Below the pieces are notes generated by a model. The model did no database searches and was not told the origin of the DNA. It saw nothing but the letters and a program-made list of their open reading frames with translations. A DNA stretch of 64,000 nt from an uncultured delta proteobacterium (GTDB lineage: Bacteria > Myxococcota_A > UBA9160 > SMWR01): positions 416,001 to 480,000 of the forward strand of contig CAWHTE010000004.1 in assembly GCA_963832165.1 (NCBI GenBank). Direction: 5' to 3'. Position 1 is the first letter of the stretch, and every line of letters starts with the position of its first letter. The position numbers and the translations under genes were made by a program. Positions 46,553 to 56,180 of the stretch are shown here, piece by piece.

Positions 46553-47202
46553 AAAGACGAGCTCGCGCGCTCGCCGCGCTGCTGTTGATCTGGGTCGGCT
46601 GTGCCGGCGCGCGCGAGCCCGTGCGCGACTCGTCGGGCCTCGTCCGCGTCGAGTCGTCGAGGCGCGGGAACGTGTTTGCGCACGAATCGCGCTCGATCGA
46701 CGACTACGACGGCATCTGGCTCGCCGAGGTCGGCCTCCAGTACGCCCCGGGGCAGACACCGCTCTCCGACGAGGACGCGCAGCGCCTCCGCAAGTTCCTG
46801 TTCGACAGCCAGATGGCGCACTTCCCGATCGCCGAATCGCTAGCGGTCGAAGAAGTGGGTCCGTGCACCCTGAAGCTGGCCGTCCACCTCGTGGCGCTGG
46901 AGTTTCCGCAGATCGAGATGGGGCAGCGCCGGAACGGCTCGGCCACGGTGGTTGTTGAGTTCCGCGACTCGCAGACCGAGGAGCCTCTGCTGCGCTACGG
47001 ACAGCGCCGTGAGCTGCGCACGAGTGCCATGCGGCGAGGGGCGCCGGACCTCGATCGCCTCGAAGAGGTGCTGCGGCCCGTGTTCGAGGACGCCACCCCG
47101 TCCGTCAGCGAAGCGCTGCCCGTGAACGCGCACGGTGCGCGCGCGAGTGTCGGCTGCAAGGGTGCGATCGGAGTGATCAGGGCGACCGACGCGAAGAGCT
47201 AG
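46549..47202 (+). CDS. Lipoprotein, DUF3313-like (paralog 2)
   Basis: ATGA overlap; lipobox WVGC; colinear with paralog 1 (RSID.YD, GPCT.KL, RNGS, EFRDS, GCKG.IG). Confidence 0.7.
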   Translation: MKRRARALAALLLIWVGCAGAREPVRDSSGLVRVESSRRGNVFAHESRSIDDYDGIWLAEVGLQYAPGQTPLSDEDAQRLRKFLFDSQMAHFPIAESLAVEEVGPCTLKLAVHLVALEFPQIEMGQRRNGSATVVVEFRDSQTEEPLLRYGQRRELRTSAMRRGAPDLDRLEEVLRPVFEDATPSVSEALPVNAHGARASVGCKGAIGVIRATDAKS

Positions 47203-47298
47203 CCGCGATCGCTGCGCTCGATCTCGACGGGCGCGTCTCCGCCCTGCCGTGACCCGGGTGGATCGTTATACCATCCTCAGTCCTCCGGAGGGCGATCG

Positions 47299-48807
47299 AT
47301 GAATCTGATGATGCTGCTCGAGATGACGGCGTCGGGGTTTCCCGACCGGGTCGTCCTCACGCACGCCAAGGACCAGCTCCGCGCTTCCGAGCTCTACGCC
47401 GCCGCGGGCTGTGCGGCCGCACAGATCAGGGCTTCGGGCGCCGAGAAGGCCGCGTTTCTCGACGTGAGCGGCCCCGCGCTGCCCGTCGCCCTGTTCGCGA
47501 GCGCGTGGGCCGGAGTGCCGTTCGTGCCGCTCAACTATCGCCTGACCGGCGCCGAGCTCGATCGCCTGATCGAACAGATCCACCCGTGCTACCTCGTGGC
47601 CGACGCGGAGCGCGCGCGCGAGCTCGACCAGCGCGACGGCGTGCACGCGATCTCGAGCGGCGACTTCCTCGCGAGCGCGCGCAGCGGCACCGCGTGCGAC
47701 GCCGACTGGCGCATGGAGGCGGACGACATCGCGGTGCTGCTGTTCACGAGCGGTACCACGGGGCCGCCCAAGGCGGCCGTGCTGCGCCACAAGCACCTCG
47801 TCTCCTACATCCTGGGCACGGTGGAGTTCGCGAGTGCGCCCGAGGATGCGGCCGCGCTGTCGTGCGTTCCGCCGTATCACATTGCGGGAGTGTCGGCGAT
47901 CGTGAGCTCGCTCTACTCGGGCCGGCGGATCGTGCAGCTTTCCAACTTCGACGCCGACGCGTGGATCGATCTCGTGCGCGACGAGGGCGTCACGAATGCG
48001 TTCGTCGTGCCGACGATGCTCGCGCGGATCGTCGAGGCGCTCGAGAAGCGCGGCGGAGTTCCGCTGCCGACGCTGCGCGCGATCTCGTACGGCGGTGGCA
48101 AGATGCCGCTGCCCGTGATCGAGCGCGCCATGCGGTCGTTCCCGCCGCATACGGATTTCACGAACGCCTACGGCCTCACCGAGACCAGCTCGACGCTCAC
48201 GGTGCTCGGACCCGAAGACCACCGGACGGCTTGCGCGAGCGAAACGCCCGAGGTGCGCCAGCGTCTCGCCTCGGTGGGTCGCGCGCTGCCGGGTGTGGAG
48301 ATCGAGATCCGCGACGCGGACGGAAAGCCGGTCGGGCCGCGCGAGCGCGGTGAGATCTGCGTGCGCGGCGAGCAGGTGTCCGGCGAGTATCTCGGCAAGG
48401 GCAGCCGCGTCGGCAGCGATGGCTTCTTCCCGACGCGCGACGGGGGCTGGATCGACGAGGAGGGCTATCTCTTCCTCGAGGGACGCGCCGACGACATCAT
48501 CGTGCGCGGCGGCGAGAACATGTCGCCGGGCGAGATCGAGGAGGTGCTGATCGAGCATCCCGCGGTGGCGGACTGCGCCGTCGTCGGTGTGCCCGACGAG
48601 CAATGGGGTGAGGCCGTGGCGGCGGCGATCGTGCTGAAGCCGGGCGCGAGCGCAGGGGCCGACGAGCTGCGCGACTTCGTGAAGCAGCGCCTGCGCTCCT
48701 CGCGCGCGCCGCAATACATCGCGTTCCGCGCCGAGCTGCCCTACAACGAGACCGGCAAGCTCTTGCGGCGCATCGTACGCGAGGATCTCGCGCGCGAAGC
48801 TAACTGA
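47299..48807 (+). CDS. Class I adenylate-forming enzyme (acyl-CoA ligase)
   Basis: FTSGTTGPPK, YGLTET, GRADDIIVRGGEN, TGKLLR. Confidence 0.92.
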   Translation: MNLMMLLEMTASGFPDRVVLTHAKDQLRASELYAAAGCAAAQIRASGAEKAAFLDVSGPALPVALFASAWAGVPFVPLNYRLTGAELDRLIEQIHPCYLVADAERARELDQRDGVHAISSGDFLASARSGTACDADWRMEADDIAVLLFTSGTTGPPKAAVLRHKHLVSYILGTVEFASAPEDAAALSCVPPYHIAGVSAIVSSLYSGRRIVQLSNFDADAWIDLVRDEGVTNAFVVPTMLARIVEALEKRGGVPLPTLRAISYGGGKMPLPVIERAMRSFPPHTDFTNAYGLTETSSTLTVLGPEDHRTACASETPEVRQRLASVGRALPGVEIEIRDADGKPVGPRERGEICVRGEQVSGEYLGKGSRVGSDGFFPTRDGGWIDEEGYLFLEGRADDIIVRGGENMSPGEIEEVLIEHPAVADCAVVGVPDEQWGEAVAAAIVLKPGASAGADELRDFVKQRLRSSRAPQYIAFRAELPYNETGKLLRRIVREDLAREAN

Positions 48808-49990
48808 CGACGATCACAGACGAGCCGTGGCCGAACAGGCCCTGGTTCGCCGTGATGCCGACCTTCGCGTTCGCGACCTGACGCTCGCCGGCCTGGCCGC
48901 GCAGCTGCCACGCGAGCTCGCACACCTGCGCGATCGCCTGGGCGGGCACCGCTTCGCCGAAGCAGCCGAGGCCGCCCGAGACGTTCACGGGAATCCGGCC
49001 GCCGATCGCGGTGTCACCGCCGCGCAGCAGGCGCTCAGCTTCGCCGGGCTTGCACAGGCCGATGTTCTCGTACCAGTCGAGCTCGAGCGCCGACGAGAGG
49101 TCGTAGACCTCCGCGAGCGACAGATCCTCGGGCCCGAGTCCGGCCTCTTCGTACGCGGCGGTGGCGATCGAATCCTTGAATCCGCGATCGGGCGCTGCGA
49201 CGCCCGCGGCCGAATCGGTCGCGAACTTCGGCATGTCGATGAACGTGTCCGGGTAGGTCGGCGTGATCGTCGAGACCGCTGCAATGCGCGGGAAGCGCGT
49301 CGCGTGTCGGCGCGCGTACTCGAGGCTCGAGAGCACGAGTGCCGCACCGCCGTCGCTCGTGGCGCAGATGTCGAGCAGGCGCAGCGGCTCGGACACGAAC
49401 GGCGACGCGAGCACCTCGTCCTCGGTGTAGAGCTTCTTGAAGCGTGCGTTCGGATTTGCGAGTCCGTGGCGGCTGTTCTTCACCTTCACGTTCGCGAAGT
49501 CGCGTTCCGTGGCGCCGAACAGATCCATGCGCCGGCGCGCATAGAGGCCGAAGTAGGTCGGGTTGGTGGCGCCGAGCAGGCGGAAGCGCAGCCAGTCGGG
49601 ATCGAGCACGCGCTCGCCCTTGTTCGGCGCGAGGAAGCCCTTCGGTGTGGTGTCGGCGCCGACCACGAGCGCCACGTCGCAGAGGCCGGCGAGGATGCGC
49701 GTGCGCGCGGCCTCGATCGCCTGGGTTCCGGAGGCGCACGCGGCGTAGGTGCTCGCGATCGGGATGCCCGTGTAGCCGAGCGCCTGCGCGAAGCTCGACG
49801 CCGCGACGAAGCCCGGGTAGCCGTTGCGGATCGTCTCGCCCGCGGCGAGGAACTGCACCTCGCGAATGTCGATGCTCGCGTCGGCGAGCGCGGCCTGCGC
49901 CGCGTGCACGCCGTACTCGACGAAGTTGCGCCCCCACTTGCCCCAGGGATGCATGCCGACGCCCAGGATCGCGACTTCGTGTTGGCTCAT
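48800..49990 (-). CDS. SCP2/Ltp-type thiolase-family protein
   Basis: GVGMHPWGKWG, YAACASG, ICATSDGGAA, AEVYD, NVSGGL..GEA. Confidence 0.9.
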   Translation of the reverse strand: MSQHEVAILGVGMHPWGKWGRNFVEYGVHAAQAALADASIDIREVQFLAAGETIRNGYPGFVAASSFAQALGYTGIPIASTYAACASGTQAIEAARTRILAGLCDVALVVGADTTPKGFLAPNKGERVLDPDWLRFRLLGATNPTYFGLYARRRMDLFGATERDFANVKVKNSRHGLANPNARFKKLYTEDEVLASPFVSEPLRLLDICATSDGGAALVLSSLEYARRHATRFPRIAAVSTITPTYPDTFIDMPKFATDSAAGVAAPDRGFKDSIATAAYEEAGLGPEDLSLAEVYDLSSALELDWYENIGLCKPGEAERLLRGGDTAIGGRIPVNVSGGLGCFGEAVPAQAIAQVCELAWQLRGQAGERQVANAKVGITANQGLFGHGSSVIVVS

Positions 49991-50005
49991 GAGTTCCTCT
50001 GCTTC

Positions 50006-50085
50006 GTAGGGCGGGAGGAGCCGAAGGCGGATCCCGCCATTGCAGCGGTCGGAATGGCGGGATCGCTTTCGCTCTCCCGCCCTAC
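50006..50085. repeat. GTAG-family REP doublet (REPIN-like): two inverted REPs
   Basis: GTAGGGCGGGAGGAGCCGAAGGCGGATCCCGCCA on + and GTAGGGCGGGAGAGCGAAAGCGATCCCGCCA on -; the whole element is a long hairpin. Confidence 0.8.
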
Positions 50086-50519
50086 GAGTTCCCGACCGGC
50101 TTCCATTTCCAGATCATGTGCTCGGCCGCTTCGTCCTCGAACAGCGTGTCGAGCACGAGCTCCATCTCCATCCCGACCTCGAGACTCTCGGGGTCGACGC
50201 CCGGCGCGAGCTGGCCGAGCACGACCATCCGCTCGTCGGCGAGCTCCACCGCGGCGACCGTGTAGGGCACGAACGGGTCGGGCGAGACGTAGGGATCGGG
50301 CGGCTGATAGTGATTGGTCGTATACGACCAGAGCCGGCCCGTGCGCGAGAGCGGCACCTCCTCGAGCTGCGCGCCCGCGCGTCCCGGCGCCGCGGAGACC
50401 GCGACGTCCTTCGGGAAGAAGTAGCTGCCGCTGCCGGGGTCGCGCAGACCGAGCAGACGCGGCTGCGCGTCCATCGTGAACCAGTTCTCGATCGCGGGGA
50501 CGCGGGGCTTGGGGGACAT
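50082..50519 (-). CDS. DUF35 (Zn-ribbon/OB-fold) thiolase partner lacking the zinc cysteines
   Basis: VPLSRTGRLWSYT..YQPP.PY..PYTVAAVEL..VLGQL..VGMEMELV; no Cys in the protein. Confidence 0.88.
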   Translation of the reverse strand: MSPKPRVPAIENWFTMDAQPRLLGLRDPGSGSYFFPKDVAVSAAPGRAGAQLEEVPLSRTGRLWSYTTNHYQPPDPYVSPDPFVPYTVAAVELADERMVVLGQLAPGVDPESLEVGMEMELVLDTLFEDEAAEHMIWKWKPVGNS

Positions 50520-50622
50520 GGAAACCCTCTCGCGGGATTCGACTGTGTAGCAAGCGGGGGGCGGCCGCCGCGACTCGGCCGCCTGTCCTAGAGTGGGCTT
50601 CCCGCTGCGCAAGGAGCCCCCG

Positions 50623-52232
50623 ATGCGATCTCCCCTCTCCGACCTCGAAGCCGTGGCGGCGTACCAGATGGCCGGCCAGGACGTCGGCTGGCTCTTGCGC
50701 CACTGGGCCGCCGTGAAGCCCGACCACGCGTTCCTGATCTGGGAGCCGCGCGACGGACGCGATCGCACCTGGACCTACGCGCAGTTCCTCGCCGAGGCGC
50801 GCGCGATCGGCGCGGGCCTCGCACGGCGCGGGGTGGGCAAGGGCGACAGCGTGATGATCCACGCCGACAACTGCCCCGAGATGGTGCTCGCGTGGTACGG
50901 GTGCGCGCTGCTCGGCGCCGTCGCCGTCACGACGAACACCAAGAGCGCGGGTCCCGAGGTGGAGTACTTCGCCGATCACGCGCGCTGCGTCGCCGCGATC
51001 ACGCAGCCGCAGCACGCGGATCTCGTGGCCGCGCACGCGCGGCACCTGAAGTGGATCGCCGTGACCGAGGACGACAGCGGCGAGCCCGCACCGCCGCGCG
51101 CACGCGCGGAGGGCGGTGCGGAGCGCATCGCGTTCGCGGATCTCGTCGGCGACGCCGCAGCGCTGCCCGAGCGACCCGCCGAGCCGATGCTGCCGGTGGG
51201 GATCATGTTCACCTCGGGCACGACGTCGCGCCCGAAGGCGGTCGTGCACACGCACGCGAACGTGATCTGGGCGTCGCGCGTCGGCCCCGACAACATCGCG
51301 CTCGGCGGCGACGACCGGTACATGATCTACACGCCGTTCTTCCACGTGAACGCGCAGAGCTGGGCGACCTGGAGCGCGCTCGGCGTCGGCGCCACGATCG
51401 TGCTCACGCCGAAGTGGTCGGCCACGCGCTTCTGGGACGTGGTGACCAAGCACGACGTCACGCACTTCTCGGTGATGGGCTTCACGATGCAGGCGATCAT
51501 CGGCAAGCCGATTCCGCCCAACCAGCTCAAGGTCGGTGTGTTCGGTCTCACCATGCCGCCGCTCGAGAAGATGGTCGGCTTCCGGCTCACCTCGAACTGG
51601 GGCATGACCGAGACGGTCACCCACGCGACACGAAACCAGCTCGCGCAGGACTATCCCGCCGGCACGATGGGACGGCCCACGCCCGGATACGAGTTCCTCG
51701 TCGTGAACAACGAGACGAACGAGATCTGTGCGCCCGGCGAGATCGGCGAGCTGTGGGTGCGCGGTCGGCGCGGGATCCAGCTCTTCCTCGAGTACCTCGA
51801 CAACCCCGAGGCGAACGCCAAGGCGTTCACGAGGACGGCTGGTTCAAGACCGGCGATCTCGTCTCGCTCTCGCAGGACGGCTTCCTCTACTTCAAGGACC
51901 GCGACAAGGACGCGCTCAAGGTCGGCGGCGAGAACGTCTCGGCGAAGGAGGTCGAGGACGTGTGCCGCACCGTGCCCGGCATCGCCGACGTCGCGGTGGT
52001 CGGGCAGAAGCACGACTTCCTCGGACAGCAGGCGGTGGCGTTCGTGATCCCGGCGCCGAACGCGCCGGCGGACCTCGGCGACCAGATCATGAAGGCGTGC
52101 GCCGCGCGGCTCGCGGGCTTCAAGTGCCCGAAGGCGGTTTACCTGGTCGACGAGTTCCCGCGCGCGACGCTCGAGAAGGTCGCGAAGAACAAGCTGCGCG
52201 AAATCGCGGATTCGTACGTCGAGGCGCGCTAG
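50623..52232 (+). CDS. AMP-binding acyl-CoA ligase (CaiC-like), one frameshift at ~51830
   Basis: AAGGAG RBS; FTSGTTSRPK, WGMTET; after the shift EDGWFKTGD, DRDKDALKVGGENVS, KVAK. Confidence 0.85.
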
Positions 52233-52239
52233 GCGCGGA

Positions 52240-53758
52240 TCAGATCCGGCGGCTGCGACCCGCCCAGTACGGATCGCGCAGCTTGCGCAGGTAGAGCTTG
52301 CCCGAGGCGTGGCGGGGCAGGGCGGCCTCGAAGTCGATCGAGCGCGGCACCTTGTAGCCCGCGAGGCGGTCGCGCGACCAGCGCAGGATCTCACCCGCGA
52401 GCGCGTCGCTCGCGGCGAACCCGGCTCGCAGCTCGATCGCGGCCTTCACGCTCTCGCCCCAGTCGTCGTCGGGGATGCCGAAGACGGCGACATCTGCGAC
52501 GGCGGGATGTTCGTGCAGGACGGACTCGATCTCCGCGGGGTAGATGTTCACGCCGCCCGAGATGATCGTGTGCGACTGGCGGTCCGCGAGGTAGACCCAG
52601 CCCTCGGCGTCGACGCGGCCGATGTCGCCGATCGTGAACGAGTGCGCGTCGAGGTAGCTCGACGCGGTCTTCTCGGGCGCACCGTGATACTCGAACAGCT
52701 GCGGCGTGGTGCGGTGGCGCGCGTAGAGCAGGCCGTTCTCGCCCGTGGGCAGACGGCGCCCGTCGCCGTCGGTCGCGAACACATCGAACGCGGGCAGCAC
52801 TCTCCCGACCGTCTCCGGGTGGTCGAGCCAATCCTGCGACGAGGCCAGCGTGATCACGCCGCTCTCGGTCGCGCCCCAGTACTCCACGAGCACGGGGCCC
52901 CACCAGTCGATCATGCGCTGCTTGGTCGCGCGCGCGATCGGCGCCGCGCCGTGCAGTGCGACGCTGCAGTGCGGGAGCGTCGAACGCCGCGCGCTCTTCG
53001 TCGGGCAGCTGCAAGAGACGCGTGAACATCGTCGGCACGAGATGAGTCGAGCCGACCTCGCGCTCGCGCAGCAGCGCGAGCGCGGACCTCTCTTCCCAGC
53101 GCGGCATCACGAGGATCGGCGCGCCCGCGGTCTGCGCGTAGACCGCGTACATGAGCGGCGCCGCGTGATAGCACGGCCCCGTGATCAGGTGCGGGCCGGG
53201 CGCGTCGACTCCGATCGCGCGCGCGTAGGCGACCTGCGCGTCGCGGGCTGCGGCGAGCGTTGCCGCGCGGTGCCGCTTCACTCCCTTGGGCCGGCCGGTC
53301 GTACCGCTCGTGTAGATCATCGGTCCGCCCGCGGGAGCATCGGGCTTCTGCGGCGCGTCCGACGCGGAGCGCAGACCGGCTTCGAGCTCCTCGCCCACGA
53401 CGACCACGGCCGCGCTCGAGTTCACTTCGCGCGCGAGCGCCGCGTGCGGCTCGTCGACGAACAGCACGCGCGCGCCCGAATCCGCGATCACGTAGGCGAT
53501 CTCGTCGCGCGTGAGGTGCCAGTTGATCGGCGTGAGCCACACACCCGCCTGGATGCCCGCGATCATGAGCTCGACGCACTCGGCGCGATTGCCCGACAGC
53601 ACCGCGACGTGATCGCCCGGGCGCGCGCCGAGCGCGCCGATCCAGTTCGCGAGCCGGGCGGTGCGATCGGCGAGCTCGGCCCACGTGCGTCGGCGGACGC
53701 CGTCGTCGAGCGCGAGGTCGTTCGGATGGGCTCGGGCGAGCTCCGTGTGCAGCACCAC
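52240..53758 (-). CDS. Acyl-CoA synthetase, one frameshift at ~52960
   Basis: YTSGTTGRPKGV, YHAAP; after the shift LHGAAP, EYWGATE, ISGGVNIYPAEIE, SGKLY. Confidence 0.85.
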
Positions 53759-53761
53759 GGC

Positions 53762-53793
53762 AGTTTACAGAACGGTACGTCTCGTTATATGAT
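53762..53793. promoter_or_regulatory. Divergent promoter with candidate repressor operator
   Basis: TTTACA-N18-TATGAT on + and TAAACT on -; imperfect palindrome AACGGTACGTCTCGTT (53771-53786) in the spacer. Confidence 0.6.
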
Positions 53794-53801
53794 TGGCTGC
53801 C

Positions 53802-54650
53802 GTGGACAAGCGCACCTCGCTGGCCGAGGCCATCGCCGAGCTGCGCGATGGCATGACGATCGGGATCGGTGGCTGGGGCTCGCGCCGCAAGCCGATGGCG
53901 GTGGTGCGCGAGATCCTTCGAACCAGCTTGAAGGATCTCACGATCGTCTCATACGGCGGTCCCGACCTCGGAATCCTGTGCGCGGCCGGAAAGGTCAAGC
54001 GCGCCTGCTTTGGCTTCGTATCGCTCGACTCGATCCCGCTCGAGCCGCACTTCCGCGCCGCCCGCCAGAACGGCACGATCGAGACGTTCGAGCTCGATGA
54101 GGGGATGTTCCAGTGGGGCCTGTATGCAGCGGCCACGCGGCTGCCCTTCCTGCCCACGCGCGCGGGGCTCGGCTCCGACGTGCTGAAGCTGAACCCGCAG
54201 CTGCGCACCGTGCGATCCCCGTATGGCGAGGGCGAAGAGCTCGTCGCGATGCCCGCGCTCGAGCTCGACGTCGCGTTCGTGCACATGAACCGCGCCGACG
54301 CGGCGGGCAACGGTCAGTATCTCGGCCCCGATCCCTACTTCGACGATCTGTTCTGCATGGCCGCGAAGCGGCGCTTCATGACCTGTGAGCGGATCGTGCG
54401 CACGGACGAGTTCCTCAAGGAAGGGTCGCTGCAGACACTGATCCTCAACCGCACGATGGTGGATGGCGTGATCGAGACGCCGCGCGGCGCGCACTTCACG
54501 GAGTGCCCGCCCGACTACGGCCGCGACGAGGCGTTCCAGCGCGACTACGCGGCGACCGCCAAGGATGCCGGCGCGTGGCAGTCGTTCTTCGAGAAGTACC
54601 TGTCGCTCGAGGACGAGGCGGCCTATCAGCGCGCAGTGGCCGAACGATGA
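53802..54650 (+). CDS. ipdA: IpdA, steroid ring-C cleaving hydrolase alpha subunit (CoA-transferase fold)
   Basis: GMTIGIGGWGSRRKPMA, GFVSLDSIPLEPHFR, DEGM, LPFLPTRAGLGSDV, GPDPYFDDLF. Confidence 0.92.
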   Translation: MDKRTSLAEAIAELRDGMTIGIGGWGSRRKPMAVVREILRTSLKDLTIVSYGGPDLGILCAAGKVKRACFGFVSLDSIPLEPHFRAARQNGTIETFELDEGMFQWGLYAAATRLPFLPTRAGLGSDVLKLNPQLRTVRSPYGEGEELVAMPALELDVAFVHMNRADAAGNGQYLGPDPYFDDLFCMAAKRRFMTCERIVRTDEFLKEGSLQTLILNRTMVDGVIETPRGAHFTECPPDYGRDEAFQRDYAATAKDAGAWQSFFEKYLSLEDEAAYQRAVAER

Positions 54651-55411
54651 GCGAGGCCACGCGCGCGGAGATATGCGCGGTCGCGATCGCGGAGGTGTTC
54701 CGCGGGGATGGCGAGGTGCTCATCTCGCCGATCGGCACGCTGCCGCAGATCGGCGCCAAGCTCGCGAAGCTCACGTTCGAGCCGGATCTCCTGATGACCG
54801 ACGGCGTCGCGCCGCTGCTCGCGAACGTGCTGCCCGTCTCCGGGAGCGATCGGCCTGATCCCGTGATCGAGGGCTGGCTGCCGTATCGCAAGGTGTTCGA
54901 CCTGGTCTGGTCGGGCCGGCGCCACGTGATGATGGGCGCGACCCAGATCGACCGCTTCGGCAACCAGAACATCGCGTGCATCGGAGACTACGCGAAGCCG
55001 AAGGCGCAGCTGCTCGGCATGCGCGGCGCTCCCGGCAACACGATCAACCACACCACGAGCTACTGGGTGCCGGGTCACTCCGACCGCGTGTTCGTCGAGA
55101 AGGTCGATGTCGTGTCGGGCATCGGCTACGACCGCGCGGCCGCGCTCGGGCCGACCGCGTCGCGCTTCCACGAGATCCGCCGCGTGGTGTCGAACCTGGG
55201 TGTGTTCGATTTCGCCACGAGCGATCACCGCATGCGGCTCGTCTCGATCCACCCCGGAGCGTCGGTGGAGGAGGTGACGCGCAACACGGCGTTCGAGCTC
55301 GCGATCCCCGCAAACGTGACCGAGACGCGCGCCCCTTCGGACGCCGAGCTGCGTCTGCTGCGCGAGGTGATCGATCCCGGCGGCGCGGGCAACGCCGAAG
55401 TGCGCGCGTAG
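54647..55411 (+). CDS. ipdB: IpdB, beta subunit
   Basis: TRAEICAVA..FRGDGE, EGWLPYRKVFD..GRRHVMMG..QIDRFGNQN, RGAPGNTINH.TSYW. Confidence 0.92.
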   Translation: MSEATRAEICAVAIAEVFRGDGEVLISPIGTLPQIGAKLAKLTFEPDLLMTDGVAPLLANVLPVSGSDRPDPVIEGWLPYRKVFDLVWSGRRHVMMGATQIDRFGNQNIACIGDYAKPKAQLLGMRGAPGNTINHTTSYWVPGHSDRVFVEKVDVVSGIGYDRAAALGPTASRFHEIRRVVSNLGVFDFATSDHRMRLVSIHPGASVEEVTRNTAFELAIPANVTETRAPSDAELRLLREVIDPGGAGNAEVRA

Positions 55412-55420
55412 GGAGGCCCC

Positions 55421-56175
55421 ATGTCGTTTCGCATCGCGACGAGCGATGGCATCGCCGAGCTCGTGATCGACAACCCGCCCGTGAACGCGCTCTCCACGAA
55501 GGCGTGGGCCGAGCTCGCGCGTGCGATCGAGGGATTCGGCCGCGACGACGCGGTGCGCTGCGTGGTGATCCGCGCGGATGGACGCGGCTTCCAGTGCGGC
55601 GTCGACGTGAAGGAGCTCGCGACCGACGGCACGTTGATCGTCGCGGCGAACCGCGGCTGCTACGACACGTTCGGCGCGATCTACGACTGTCCCGTACCCG
55701 TGATCTCGGCCGTGCACGGCTATTGCCTCGGCGGCGGCATCGGCATCGCGGGCTCGTCGGATTTCGTGATCGCGTCCGAAGACGCGACCTTCGGTCTGCC
55801 CGAGATCGACCGCGGCGCGATGGGCGCAGCGACCCACGCGATGCGCATGTTCGGCATGCAGGAGGCGCGGCGCATGCTGCTCACGGGCGAGCCGATCGGC
55901 GCGCACGAGGCGTACCGGCTCGGAGGCCTCTTGCGCGTGGTCCCGCGCGCAGAGCTGCGCGACGCCGCGCTCGAGCTCGCGGGAAAGATCGCAGGGAAGA
56001 GCCCGAGGGCCGTGCGCGCGGCCAAGGCCTCGCTGAACGGGATCGAGCTGATCGACGTTCGCAAGAGCTACCGCTTCGAGCAGGGCTTTACACTCGAGCT
56101 CTATACCAGCGCCGACTCTCAGGAATCGCGCGACGCATTCGTCGAGAAGCGCGACGCCAAGTTCGACCCAAGTAG
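55421..56175 (+). CDS. echA20: EchA20-like crotonase (HIEC-CoA hydrolase); stop displaced by a probable 1-nt deletion
   Basis: PPVNAL, GFQCGVDVKE, NRGC, GYCLGGGIG, PEIDRGAMGAATH, SYRFEQGFT.EL, FVEKRDAKF. The TAG at 56173-56175 is one base out of frame. Confidence 0.85.
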
Positions 56176-56180
56176 CCCGC

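Noticed and set aside
51820..52970. Programmed frameshifting in the two convergent ligases
   Set aside because: No slippery heptamer or stimulatory structure seen; similar indels are scattered through the window.
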